Positions 34,842 through 44,713 of a DNA stretch of 64,000 nt are shown here, one piece after another. The DNA is taken from IMG/VR virus record IMGVR_UViG_2974770163_000001, positions 1-64,000 of that record; one strand, given 5' to 3'. This DNA comes from a virus (lineage: Duplodnaviria; Caudoviricetes). The position numbers and the translations under genes are program-made. The notes under the pieces are model-generated. The model was not told the origin of the DNA and did not search any database. It saw only the letters and a list, made by a program, of their open reading frames with translations. Within the stretch, counting starts at the first letter, position 1. Each line of letters begins with the position of its first letter.

Positions 34842-35195
34842 TTACGCACGCTTGTTAGTAACGTTAGGTTTGTTACCAGCTTTTGTTGCTTTCTTGTACT
34901 CTGTAATAGCGGACTTCTTAGCTTCACTATCTAGAACTCGTATGAACTCTAGCATCTGTAGTTTAGCCTCTCTGTCAGATATGTCAAACAGCTCGAAAGC
35001 AAGTGAAAGACCAGATAGGTCTTTACCGTTATACATAGGATACGTCCCAGGTACGAACGTATCGTTTAGAATATTAAATATTGCTACTGCTTCTTGGCAC
35101 AGCGGGTCTAGGCTGTGAATATCCATTGGCATTTGTGCTGGATCAGGAGTCATATTAAGTTGCTCACACATTGCAAGGTATGCCTCTTTAGTCAT
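34842..35195 (-). CDS. Tail assembly chaperone, downstream (frameshift) portion
   Basis: Lies before the TMP; its frame stays open upstream into the previous gene. Confidence 0.75.
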   Translation of the reverse strand: MTKEAYLAMCEQLNMTPDPAQMPMDIHSLDPLCQEAVAIFNILNDTFVPGTYPMYNGKDLSGLSLAFELFDISDREAKLQMLEFIRVLDSEAKKSAITEYKKATKAGNKPNVTNKRA

Positions 35196-35256
35196 TCTAG
35201 ACCCAGAGGGTACATTTACTTGCTTGGCGAACTTCTCTAGATCAGCGATTCGGCGT

Positions 35257-35667
35257 CTATGATCTTTTTGTACGAAAAGAGTCGATACGGAATACGGTTT
35301 CGTTAATAAATGTTAAAAACGCACGACTAGACTTTAATAGTTGCTCAGCGTTATCAGGGGAGTATTCAACTACGGTATCTGGATCTTGGTCAACTAAATC
35401 AACTAGCATTAGTTTCTCTACACCTTCTACAGTTAAACCTTTCCATCCTACGATAGCAGCGGCAGCTAGTTCTTTTACGAATTTTGCATCATCTTGCTCG
35501 TATCCTACAATCATACCGTTTTCCATCTGAGGTATTTGGCACTTCTCTAGAATCTCCTGAGAGCGAACACGGCTAACGTGGCGAACACGAATTACAAAAC
35601 CAGAGATACCTAAGTACTCGACTTCAGCTTCTTTAGTTTCTAATGCAACTTTTTTCAGATCAATCAT
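35257..35667 (-). CDS. Tail assembly chaperone
   Basis: Synteny; AIVGWKGLT motif. Confidence 0.8.
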   Translation of the reverse strand: MIDLKKVALETKEAEVEYLGISGFVIRVRHVSRVRSQEILEKCQIPQMENGMIVGYEQDDAKFVKELAAAAIVGWKGLTVEGVEKLMLVDLVDQDPDTVVEYSPDNAEQLLKSSRAFLTFINETVFRIDSFRTKRS

Positions 35668-35674
35668 TATTTCC

Positions 35675-36568
35675 TCACTTAAATGTTATACTTACGGGGG
35701 CTGGAGAGTTATACATTGGAATTATATCCAAGCTCATTGAGAGAGTCTCATCAGCAGTTAGGCGTTTAGTCACCCTAGCACTAGGGATGTCCACTAAAAT
35801 TTTATTTGTGTAAATCTGGAGATGATGACCGTATAAAGGTTCATCAATCTTCAGAAAGTTACTTTCAGGCTTACCATGCATTTCTCGTTTGTACATATTT
35901 ATATTAGCTGAGAAATTCATTTCGTTTATTACAGCCTTTTTCGGATAACTCATTTGACCAATCTCGTAGATTGATTTCTCCTCTCTCCATGTACATTGCT
36001 GTTGGAAAGATAGACCAGATCCTCTAATAGATGGCAGGTCAATTCCGTTCAAAGTACAGAACAGAGGACTGGGGATACTAACTTCTGACTGATCCAATGA
36101 TGGATGCGGAAGTAATTCCCTTAATTGAGTAACGTTGGAGGCTATAATACCGACACTTAGTTCAGGGATACCTTTCTCTAGAGAGAAGTCAGCATTTGAA
36201 ACATATGCAGGGGTTAGCTCGAAAATCGCTCCACTTTGATATTGAATATATACTTTTAGGTAAGTAGGTTCAAGTTTGGAATTAAAAGGTAGGTATAGTG
36301 TATTACCCTCTCTCCCCATCCCTAACCACTCAAAGAACATAGACTCAAGACTATTATTGGAGAAGTTTACTATTAAAGAAAGAGTAACTGGGTTAAACCC
36401 AGTTACGATAGATACAGGATAGTTACTCTTTCCATGAACAGTCCGTCTATTTACTTTATATTCAGCCATAGTCGTGTCATAATTCATTGTTGACAGAGCG
36501 GAAAACGCATAGCGTCTTCCCTCGTGTTCTATGATTATTTTCGACTCTCTAAGAAAAGAGTAACTCAT
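35675..36568 (-). CDS. Baseplate tube / minor tail protein (p140-like)
   Basis: MSYSFLRES start paralogous to the tail tube N-terminus; synteny. Confidence 0.8.
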   Translation of the reverse strand: MSYSFLRESKIIIEHEGRRYAFSALSTMNYDTTMAEYKVNRRTVHGKSNYPVSIVTGFNPVTLSLIVNFSNNSLESMFFEWLGMGREGNTLYLPFNSKLEPTYLKVYIQYQSGAIFELTPAYVSNADFSLEKGIPELSVGIIASNVTQLRELLPHPSLDQSEVSIPSPLFCTLNGIDLPSIRGSGLSFQQQCTWREEKSIYEIGQMSYPKKAVINEMNFSANINMYKREMHGKPESNFLKIDEPLYGHHLQIYTNKILVDIPSARVTKRLTADETLSMSLDIIPMYNSPAPVSITFK

Positions 36569-36571
36569 TTA

Positions 36572-37717
36572 TTAACCCCCAGTTCCTGGGTCAGCAGGAT
36601 TCGCATCTCCCTTCTCAATAAACGTTTTAATTAACGCTTTGTTGAAGATTGGAGAGAAACCGAAGAATGCTTGGTCACCGGAGTCTAGTTCTGTAGGTTG
36701 AGCACTGAACTCAATCTGTGTACTTAATACGTCATCTACTTCCAGTGATGGAGTTGAAAGAATCGCATTAGGAGCAACTAGAACAGCAGCTGGACGAGCA
36801 TCGTCATATTCACCGCCAAGTACAAATGAAACACTGTAACTGTTTACTGTGCTCAGGTTAGTAAGCAGATCTTTATAGATCTCAGCAGTACCCAATGGGT
36901 TAGTGTTTAAGTACGCAGTCAAGTTACCTGTGATAGTGATACCACCAGTAAATGAACTGATTGGGCGGTCAACACGACTTAACGTGTTTGGAGTTAAGTA
37001 GGTGATGTTGTTATTGATAGAGAATGACGCTCCAGTAATAGGAATGTTATACTCTTTCTTAGCTCCTAGATTGTCTTTAACATGAAGAATAGTCAACTTG
37101 TTAACTAGATAGGACTGCTGCAGCTGTACGAATAATTCGTCACTAACTTCAACTGTTTTAATATCGAAAGGTTCTTTATCTAATGGAATTAGCTCAGTAC
37201 CGTTACCAGACCATGTTACCATTGCAATGTTATCGATATCAATATTAATTTCAGCTTGATTTACCTGAACTTTCTTAACTTGGTACCAAACTTCACCTGT
37301 ACGAATATAGATGTTTAGTCCAGCCAACTCGTGGTAAGCAGACGCCTTAAAGTCAACCATAGCGTTTGTTGCGTTTGTATGGAAACCATCTGTACCAGCA
37401 AGATCCAGTGGTTTACCACTTGTCAGTGCATGCCATAACATATAGTCTGGCAACATTACTTGCTTACTAGTGCTATCTATGTAAGGCAGAATGTATGTTG
37501 AGAAGCTCCAGTTTGCAGGGTTTAAAGAGTCATTATAACGCTTACTACCACGAGTAGGCACTGGCCCTGCCTCGTTTACTGTGATGTCTGTAGAGTTCCC
37601 GTCTACACCGAAACTAAGGTCGTCTTGAATCAAGATTTCCATAGTATTAGATTTATTGAAACCCTTGTCTACCGTTGAGACGAATAGTCGGGATTCCCTT
37701 AGTAATTGAATAGCCAT
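36572..37717 (-). CDS. pb6: Major tail tube protein
   Basis: IQLLR..R.FVSTV, EAGP.PTRGSKR.NDSLN.A.WSFSTYILPY. Confidence 0.93.
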   Translation of the reverse strand: MAIQLLRESRLFVSTVDKGFNKSNTMEILIQDDLSFGVDGNSTDITVNEAGPVPTRGSKRYNDSLNPANWSFSTYILPYIDSTSKQVMLPDYMLWHALTSGKPLDLAGTDGFHTNATNAMVDFKASAYHELAGLNIYIRTGEVWYQVKKVQVNQAEINIDIDNIAMVTWSGNGTELIPLDKEPFDIKTVEVSDELFVQLQQSYLVNKLTILHVKDNLGAKKEYNIPITGASFSINNNITYLTPNTLSRVDRPISSFTGGITITGNLTAYLNTNPLGTAEIYKDLLTNLSTVNSYSVSFVLGGEYDDARPAAVLVAPNAILSTPSLEVDDVLSTQIEFSAQPTELDSGDQAFFGFSPIFNKALIKTFIEKGDANPADPGTGG

Positions 37718-37742
37718 TTATAGTTTTCTCCTTTAAAATGCA

Positions 37743-38228
37743 CTATAATAGTCGTGTGTCCGTTAGGTATCTCACAGTAAAAGATATCTCAGCAAGGGCG
37801 AATGGGTTTAGTAGCCCTTCATCCGTACCAGTACTAGTAATACTGCAATCAATTATTGTTCCAGAGTCTCCTCCACCATCAGGTCTATTAATAGTATAGC
37901 GCAATTTCTTGTGACTGTCAAGGATTTTTTCTAAATCGTATATGAGAGTTTCCAATGCTTCTTCTCTACGAGCATCATCGTTATCCTTAACAAATATCAT
38001 CACCGTCATTGGCTGGTACTTCCAGCGTTGGGCGGACGGTTGGTAGTCTTGTGTTTCTGTCCCTAGGTTCAATGCAATATACGGAAATTGCTTGATCTCC
38101 TCAAAGGTTTTAAATTTGCCTACTAGCGCACCTGGAACAGTATTAAAGTACTCAGTTGGGTGAGTTCCGTCTAAGCACTCTCGGATACGCTGCTCATATG
38201 CTTTTCGTATTGCTAGTCTGTTAGACAT
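37743..38228 (-). CDS. Tail terminator (p142-like)
   Basis: TDEGLL.P.ALAEI; synteny. Confidence 0.8.
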   Translation of the reverse strand: MSNRLAIRKAYEQRIRECLDGTHPTEYFNTVPGALVGKFKTFEEIKQFPYIALNLGTETQDYQPSAQRWKYQPMTVMIFVKDNDDARREEALETLIYDLEKILDSHKKLRYTINRPDGGGDSGTIIDCSITSTGTDEGLLNPFALAEISFTVRYLTDTRLL

Positions 38229-38989
38229 TACGTTCCCTCTCTTACTGTAATGTTGTATCTTGAGTGAATCAAGTCACGTGCTGCTTTTGCCAACGCTTCT
38301 CCGATTAGGGTCTGCGGGTTACGTGCGCCTGCAAAAGGTGTTAAAGATAGTCGGTTATAGGTAGATACAGCTGGATTAAATACAGAGTAGGGTCTGGTCA
38401 TGTAATTATAGGATATTATAGCTTCTACTTTCTTACCCTCACCACGTACCTGTAGACTTTTCACTTCAACTGAATTAGCAAATCGTCCTGTTCTCCATTT
38501 AAGTGGTGCACCAGCTTTTTTCATGCCCTGAGTTAAATACATCTTACCAAGTATTTCCAACATAGACATCATATTAGAATTACTTACAAACATACCAGAA
38601 GGCCCCTGTACCGGTCCAAAGTAGGCATCCGGATCATCCTCCGCAGGGTCTCCTAGACTAACACGTACGCTCCCTACGGTTCTCTTTTTACCTATCTTGT
38701 TCATTTGACCTATACCAAGTATTCTAGCAAACACATTAGCTAGGCTATCAATTTCTCTATCTATATCGTAACTTGAGTTTATTATTTCAAATATTTTAGG
38801 AGTAACTGTTTCCAGATAATCAGCAGATACTGGCTTACTAAACTTAAAGGTTAGTTTAGCGATCCTCCCGTCCCTACTAGGATCTTGCAAACCAGTTTCA
38901 ATAGTGTAATCTACCTTATCACGCTTGTACCCTGAAGGGTTGGATAACTCCTGTAATATGATTTGTTTTGCTAGATCGCTTAGTGCCAT
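38228..38989 (-). CDS. Tail completion protein (p143-like)
   Basis: GAPLK.RTGRFANS, ARNPQ.LIGEA. Confidence 0.8.
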   Translation of the reverse strand: MALSDLAKQIILQELSNPSGYKRDKVDYTIETGLQDPSRDGRIAKLTFKFSKPVSADYLETVTPKIFEIINSSYDIDREIDSLANVFARILGIGQMNKIGKKRTVGSVRVSLGDPAEDDPDAYFGPVQGPSGMFVSNSNMMSMLEILGKMYLTQGMKKAGAPLKWRTGRFANSVEVKSLQVRGEGKKVEAIISYNYMTRPYSVFNPAVSTYNRLSLTPFAGARNPQTLIGEALAKAARDLIHSRYNITVREGT

Positions 38990-39507
38990 TATATAATCCT
39001 ATGTGAATTTACGATGGTCATAATATGTTTAGGTAAACCTGTTATTTGATTCATAAACGTGATGTTTTCACCACCGAAGCTACGAGAGTTACGGTACTCG
39101 TGTTTTTCCCAATACTCAACCGTTAATGCTACAGCCAACTTGAGGTCTTGTGCCCACTCTATAGTATCAGCGTCATATGTAATTTTGTACATCCCAGAGG
39201 GAACAGGGGGAGAAATATAAAGTCTACCCGAATCCAAGATATGGCAACGATCTGCCATATTATTACTTGGATCTGTTATGATATGGAATTTACTAATCTT
39301 GGTCGCCTGTAAGTTATTGATAAAATATCTATCGCGCCTATTGAACACTTCGAGGAACTCAGTACCTTCTTCTGATACTGACCAGTTAAGTTGGTTTAGG
39401 ATCAAAGCATTAGCTGCGGCTAGGTAGGATTTTACTTCTGAATCTAGAGCTTGAGGTAGGTTCCTCATCTCCATGTATTCAGCCTCTGATAAAATTTCTG
39501 TAGCCAT
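38989..39507 (-). CDS. Head completion protein (p144-like)
   Basis: Synteny; LKLA....VEYW.K, FGGE.ITF. Confidence 0.78.
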   Translation of the reverse strand: MATEILSEAEYMEMRNLPQALDSEVKSYLAAANALILNQLNWSVSEEGTEFLEVFNRRDRYFINNLQATKISKFHIITDPSNNMADRCHILDSGRLYISPPVPSGMYKITYDADTIEWAQDLKLAVALTVEYWEKHEYRNSRSFGGENITFMNQITGLPKHIMTIVNSHRII

Positions 39508-39519
39508 TTATTTTTCCCA

Positions 39520-39548
39520 ATAAAAAAGGAGAGCCGAAGCTCTCCTTA
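39520..39548 (-). terminator. Terminator after the capsid gene
   Basis: AAGGAGAGC-TTCG-GCTCTCCTT followed by a T-run on the minus strand. Confidence 0.8.
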
Positions 39549-39572
39549 TCCGGCATATTGCCTAAGTCTTGA

Positions 39573-41000
39573 TTACTTAGCGTAAGCAGCCACAACAATG
39601 TTGTGAGTGTCAAACTTACGTTGTAAGTTCAGACGTTGAGTAACGAAGATGTTGTAACGTTGTGATTCTGGATCACGTTGATCTTCAACAAACACGTTAC
39701 GTTGACGTGGTACTAAGAAGTCTGGTGTATATACGATTAACGCATACGCAGAACCAGCTGCTTTTGCTGGGAAGTACTCGGAAACCACTACAGGCATACC
39801 GTAGATACGACCTACTTGACCAGTCAGTTTGATAGCATTAGCTGCTTCAACCTGTGCAACGTCTTGGAATTCTTCGTCTAAGGTTAAGTCGAAGTAAGCG
39901 TCTAAAGAAACAACCAGAGCAAGTTTGTTCAGGTTTAAACCTTTAGATTTTAAGTGTGCACGCAGAGCGTGAATTTCTTTAGCAGTTACTTTAACTGTAC
40001 CATCGGCTTTAGCTTTAGTCTCTTTAACAGCGTTGTCTTTAGCAGCCATTGTTAATAGACCTTCTGGCTGACCAACACCAGTACCGCTCATGAAAGCTTT
40101 CTCAATTGAAACAGCGTGTGATTCAATGATGTTTGCACGGATGATTGGCAACAGAACGATGATAACGTCTTCTGTAGTTTCATCAGTGATGAATGCTTTA
40201 GCAGCAAGTTTGAAAGTTTTGAAACTGATTTCTGTCAGTTTATCTTTTTGCCACTCACCAGTTGTTTCTGGTTTACCATAAGTAGTTGCGTCTACCCAGT
40301 TTGCTTCTAATGGACCACCTTGCACTGGCATAACCAGGTTAGCAGCAGTCATAGGAAGTTCAGGGAACAAGTTACCAACAATAAGTTCTTTCTGAATATC
40401 ACGCAGGATGTTAGTAGTAAAGATAGTTTCATATGCTTCGCTAGAAACTGCCATTGAGCTAGATTCGTTCAGAGCTTTCAGGTAGCTAGCACCAGTCTCT
40501 GTTTCGAATACATCTTTCTTGCAAACTTTAGCTAACAGAACTAGGTCATCAACTGTTTTCTCGAAAGATTTAGTATCACCTAGCAGGCTTGTTGCAACAG
40601 AGTTTTCCAGAGGAGAACGACCGTGGCGAGCAACGTTTAATTGTTTGATCTGATCTTTAAGAGTTTCTAAAGTTGCAGCGTTATCTTCTACAGATTTAGC
40701 AAAAGCTTCTTCACTGTCTTTCAACTTCTGAGAAAGGGATAAGATTAATTCGTTAGCAGTATTAAGTGCTTTACGATCTTCTTCTTTCGCAGCAGCGATT
40801 AAATCATTAACACGCTTTTCCATAGCTTCTTGTTCAGCGGCTTTTTGTTTTGCAGCAGCTTCGCGAGCTTCCTTATTGCGCATCTCTTCCATAAATTTGA
40901 CGATATCAGCATTTTCAGCAGAAGCAGAAGGAGCTTTACCTGCCATAGCCTTTGCAAGCTCTGCAATCAGTTCGTCAGTAGATTTTTGTTGTACTGTCAT
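39573..41000 (-). CDS. pb8: Major capsid protein precursor (HK97 fold with delta domain)
   Basis: Coiled-coil N-terminus, KA.N.SSS..VSSE.YETIF, FKLAAKAFITDET.ED. Confidence 0.95.
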   Translation of the reverse strand: MTVQQKSTDELIAELAKAMAGKAPSASAENADIVKFMEEMRNKEAREAAAKQKAAEQEAMEKRVNDLIAAAKEEDRKALNTANELILSLSQKLKDSEEAFAKSVEDNAATLETLKDQIKQLNVARHGRSPLENSVATSLLGDTKSFEKTVDDLVLLAKVCKKDVFETETGASYLKALNESSSMAVSSEAYETIFTTNILRDIQKELIVGNLFPELPMTAANLVMPVQGGPLEANWVDATTYGKPETTGEWQKDKLTEISFKTFKLAAKAFITDETTEDVIIVLLPIIRANIIESHAVSIEKAFMSGTGVGQPEGLLTMAAKDNAVKETKAKADGTVKVTAKEIHALRAHLKSKGLNLNKLALVVSLDAYFDLTLDEEFQDVAQVEAANAIKLTGQVGRIYGMPVVVSEYFPAKAAGSAYALIVYTPDFLVPRQRNVFVEDQRDPESQRYNIFVTQRLNLQRKFDTHNIVVAAYAK

Positions 41001-41006
41001 TTTATA

Positions 41007-41585
41007 TTATTTCCCGTTAAATACCGCATTATGAATGCGCTCAACTAAAGTTCTGAACGGATCTACCGGCTCAGCGTTATTAATAAATTCTTTTCTAAAG
41101 TCTAAGTAGTCTGAACCATTCATGCTCTTGGCTACTTGGAAAGTTGAATCTTGGTTACATGGGACGGCAACTACTGAAATCTCATGCAGTTCAAGGTCTT
41201 TGATAACAAAAGTATCAGAATGGTCTTCCCAGTCTGCATCTAGGCATCGGAAACCCACACTAAATGTTTTTAAGATACCATGCTCAACCATACTAAAGAC
41301 TTGGGGATCAGTATCGCGTACAATGTTAGCTGCAATGAACAGCCCTTTTTCGTCTGGTCTTAGCTCAATGCAACTTCCAACAGGTCTACGATGATCATGC
41401 CCAAATAATATGATAGGATTCTTCTGGTAATTAGTCAAAGCACTACGTGTTTTCCACGCAGAAGCTAGAATAATGTCCCCAGCCCTGTCCTTATCTACAG
41501 TATTGGCGTAACCCTCAATAGTGATTACACCATCGGATGCTGTAGTAGCCTTAGTGATCATGGAATCTAATTGAATTAGACTCAT
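41007..41585 (-). CDS. pb11: Prohead protease
   Basis: IEGYANT..KDRAGD, NPIILFGHD, FSVGF, EISVV.VPCN. Confidence 0.93.
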   Translation of the reverse strand: MSLIQLDSMITKATTASDGVITIEGYANTVDKDRAGDIILASAWKTRSALTNYQKNPIILFGHDHRRPVGSCIELRPDEKGLFIAANIVRDTDPQVFSMVEHGILKTFSVGFRCLDADWEDHSDTFVIKDLELHEISVVAVPCNQDSTFQVAKSMNGSDYLDFRKEFINNAEPVDPFRTLVERIHNAVFNGK

Positions 41586-42793
41586 TACTCGGCTCCTTGT
41601 TTAGCTTTAATAGTGAATTGCCCTTCTCCACCGAACTGTTGCCGCCCTTTAGATGGGTAGTTTTCATCTACAGCAACTACAATAAACTTAACTACTTTGT
41701 CAGGTTGCCCAACTTCTGGAACTTTTTTAACCGTTAAAGGAATAGGGTTGTTACCTATTTTAACTCCTGGAGTTACATATTCTAGGTCATTAGAGTCGAC
41801 TAAAGATACTTCTAGTGAACCGCTTTGATATTGCCCCTTAACAAGGGTTGTCTCGAGCATAACAGAGTCGGTGGTATCGGAAATCTCCTCAACATCTTGC
41901 TCCCAAGTTAGTTCTAATTTATCAGCAGTAGTTTTAACAACTGTTACATTCAGAGTTCCGTGATTAGTAGGCGCTGATGCTCCGCTTCCCTGTTTAATAC
42001 TAAACAATGTTAGCGGGATAATAGCATCCTCTTCCTCTGCTAAGCTATTACATGTAATGGATATTTTATTTTCGTCATATATACGACTTGTATTTACTAG
42101 TCTAGCTAAGCTTTCTGGTAAGTCCTCTGGGAAGTCTATCCAAATTTGGTCAGGCTCCTCACCACTTAGTATAGTATAGTTAGCAAATACTTCATCATCT
42201 TTATGAGTTAAAGTATCGCGAGTAAGTTCCCAAGAGATCCTGGTCTCTTTCGTCTTACTCAAGGAGATAGATACAGTAGGGGAGCTTACAGTTGTGTCTG
42301 GATAATTCTTATCCTTAACTGTAAATGTTATAGACGCAGTTGCGTCTACGTTACCCTGTTCAGAGTAAGTAACTGTCATTGTATTTGTTTCTTCGTCAAA
42401 CGCAGAGAATTCCACATTGAGAGGATCAACATCTGAATCGACAACCGGTTCTACCCCAGTAGCGTAATTAATAGACCCCGGCAAGTACTCTCCCTCTAAT
42501 ATGTTAAGGGTAATGGTGGCCTTACTTCCCTTACTTGTAAGGGTAGCAGGATTTGCCAGAGCTTCAAATATGAGCTTCGGCTTTGGGGGCTCTACCTCTC
42601 CACCCTCTTCATCAGAAACTAATGCTTTCCAGTTAGCACGATTAGTGTACGCTGGGCTACGACTCATTGCTTTACGAAGCTCTTGATAAGACTTAAATGG
42701 GGCATCTTCTCGCGCCATTATTTCATTGCAAGAATCTGGAATTCCATCTGGGAACATCTCATTTAGTGCTCCCAGGATTTCTTCTCTAGTCAT
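41585..42793 (-). CDS. Capsid decoration protein (pb10 position), extended acidic beta-rich C-terminus
   Basis: Lies between portal and protease; short helical N-domain followed by Ig-like segments. Confidence 0.65.
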   Translation of the reverse strand: MTREEILGALNEMFPDGIPDSCNEIMAREDAPFKSYQELRKAMSRSPAYTNRANWKALVSDEEGGEVEPPKPKLIFEALANPATLTSKGSKATITLNILEGEYLPGSINYATGVEPVVDSDVDPLNVEFSAFDEETNTMTVTYSEQGNVDATASITFTVKDKNYPDTTVSSPTVSISLSKTKETRISWELTRDTLTHKDDEVFANYTILSGEEPDQIWIDFPEDLPESLARLVNTSRIYDENKISITCNSLAEEEDAIIPLTLFSIKQGSGASAPTNHGTLNVTVVKTTADKLELTWEQDVEEISDTTDSVMLETTLVKGQYQSGSLEVSLVDSNDLEYVTPGVKIGNNPIPLTVKKVPEVGQPDKVVKFIVVAVDENYPSKGRQQFGGEGQFTIKAKQGAE

Positions 42794-44031
42794 TCTTTAT
42801 TTTCCTCAGCGGGTGGTCTTCCACCCTCCTGACCTGATACGCTAGTAGCAGAGCCAGAGATGTTTGCAGGTATGCGAATTTCTTCCATTCGTGGATCGTC
42901 TAGAGGTTCTAGACCCAATTCAGCACGTACTTCATTACCTGTCATGATTCCGTTATTAACTAACGTTGAAAGGTATTTACCTTCACTATCTCTGTCAGGT
43001 GTTAAAGCACGAACATGTTTAGTCTCAGGTTCGACATAAAAGCCGAAGAAGAACTGAACAGCGCTTGCAAACTTTCTTAACATGGGAATAATAGTCATGT
43101 AATAGAAAAGTTCAACATTAGGACGTATGTTTGCGTTGTTTCCACCATCAATTAAGATCTGCGGAACCCCTAATGCTATACAAATGTCTTTCTCCTGACG
43201 AGCGATATCTTCTTTAAAGTCTAAATCCTTGAAAGATGATATTTGTGAATATGGTTTCGCTTTAAGACCACCATCTAGAATTAACACAGAAGATTGACCC
43301 GTATTCGGATTATAATTTAATTGTATCTCTTCTTGTGCACGTTCACGGTGTTTCTTGTTTAGTATGTCGTCAGTTTCTAGGATTAACCCAATTACAGTAC
43401 CGTTCTTAAGGAATGTATCCTTAAAGTGCAACATGGCATTACGTTTAGTAACAGAGTCTAAAGTCGCTTGGATACGTGACTGTCCTGAAATTTGGGATGT
43501 CAGTCCATTGACGAATGCGTTATCCTTAATAAAAATAATTTCGTCAACCGCAAATCTAACTTTACTATTACCGAACTCATAGTGACTTACAACTGTCGAT
43601 TTATCAGCGACAACTTTCATCATTATAGCTGGTAGGTGATATAATGCACCACCCTCTTTGTCGTAATGAATAAACGCAGTGCCTAGAAATAAAAGATCTG
43701 TAATAACGAGACGTCGGAACGTATCGATATCCATATAAGGGTTTGGCTTAACATTCATTAGTCTATCTAACGTAGCCTTTCTGATGCCTTGACCATAACT
43801 TATAATGTCTTTCATATTTTCGCCGATCTCATAAGAGCATTCAGCAGCACTGTCAATTACCATGTTTGCAGCACGACTCAACATAGGCACGTTTCTGTAT
43901 GCCTCACTGACCGTTATCGGTTTCTGTAATGTTGGTGAACTGCTAGATTGTGCGGCACTAATTTGAGCTTGCCCAGGATTACGTTTTTCATAACTCCCTA
44001 TAAGGGATTTTAAATCATCAAACATTCCCAT
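42790..44031 (-). CDS. pb7: Portal protein
   Basis: NPGQ..I, ALGVPQ.L.DGGNNANIRPN, RIPAN..GSAT.VSGQEGGRP. Confidence 0.94.
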   Translation of the reverse strand: MGMFDDLKSLIGSYEKRNPGQAQISAAQSSSSPTLQKPITVSEAYRNVPMLSRAANMVIDSAAECSYEIGENMKDIISYGQGIRKATLDRLMNVKPNPYMDIDTFRRLVITDLLFLGTAFIHYDKEGGALYHLPAIMMKVVADKSTVVSHYEFGNSKVRFAVDEIIFIKDNAFVNGLTSQISGQSRIQATLDSVTKRNAMLHFKDTFLKNGTVIGLILETDDILNKKHRERAQEEIQLNYNPNTGQSSVLILDGGLKAKPYSQISSFKDLDFKEDIARQEKDICIALGVPQILIDGGNNANIRPNVELFYYMTIIPMLRKFASAVQFFFGFYVEPETKHVRALTPDRDSEGKYLSTLVNNGIMTGNEVRAELGLEPLDDPRMEEIRIPANISGSATSVSGQEGGRPPAEENKE

Positions 44032-44576
44032 TACGCTCTAAGCTCCGATAACTCTGGTGCAGGTACTCGGAAATCGAGCAAGCCCATAGAGTCTATTTTA
44101 GTTTTACCTTTTCTAGATTGATTTGATATAAATGATTTGTCTCTCAGATGATCTTCGTCAACTTGAAAGATACTTGGTAAGCTCTGGTGATCTTCGCCAC
44201 CTAGATGCTTGATTCTTTGTTTCTCCACCCAGGCTTCTTGTTTTTTCGCTGTAAACAGCGGAGGCTCTTTTGTGTACACTTTGTGAAGTTGTACGTGGTG
44301 GTCTCGGCAAAGGGTAACGGCGTGCTCCACTAGCTCATGCATATATTTTTCGTAGAATGCTTCCCTATGACTAAGGACTACTTCTTCGTTATTGAAATCC
44401 AATTGGTTTTCTGCAGCATAGTTTTTAACTAGTAGAGCTACCGTATGGTAATGATGAAACTCTAAGTTTTCATCCGTACCACAGATTCTACATTCGGACG
44501 CTTTAGGATATCTGGACTTTATACCGTCTCTCATTATGGATATCGCATCTCTTTTGTACTTGACATTGGTAGCCAT
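44031..44576 (-). CDS. HNH-type nicking endonuclease
   Basis: KYKRDAIS.MRDGIKS.Y, CRICG...LEFHHYH, TLC..HH..LH; position between terL and portal. Confidence 0.85.
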   Translation of the reverse strand: MATNVKYKRDAISIMRDGIKSRYPKASECRICGTDENLEFHHYHTVALLVKNYAAENQLDFNNEEVVLSHREAFYEKYMHELVEHAVTLCRDHHVQLHKVYTKEPPLFTAKKQEAWVEKQRIKHLGGEDHQSLPSIFQVDEDHLRDKSFISNQSRKGKTKIDSMGLLDFRVPAPELSELRA

Positions 44577-44605
44577 TTATTTTTATCTCCCAACTCAATA
44601 TAACT

Positions 44606-44634
44606 ATTATATCGAAATTCTCATCGTTTGTAAA
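44606..44634 (-). promoter_or_regulatory. Late promoter for the head operon
   Basis: TTTACA-17-TATAAT on the minus strand. Confidence 0.7.
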
Positions 44635-44713
44635 GTAGAGTTTGAAAATCGAGGTGGAGCGACCTCAATGAGTACGGTCGCTTTCCTACAAAATATTTTA
44701 AATTACTATAAAA

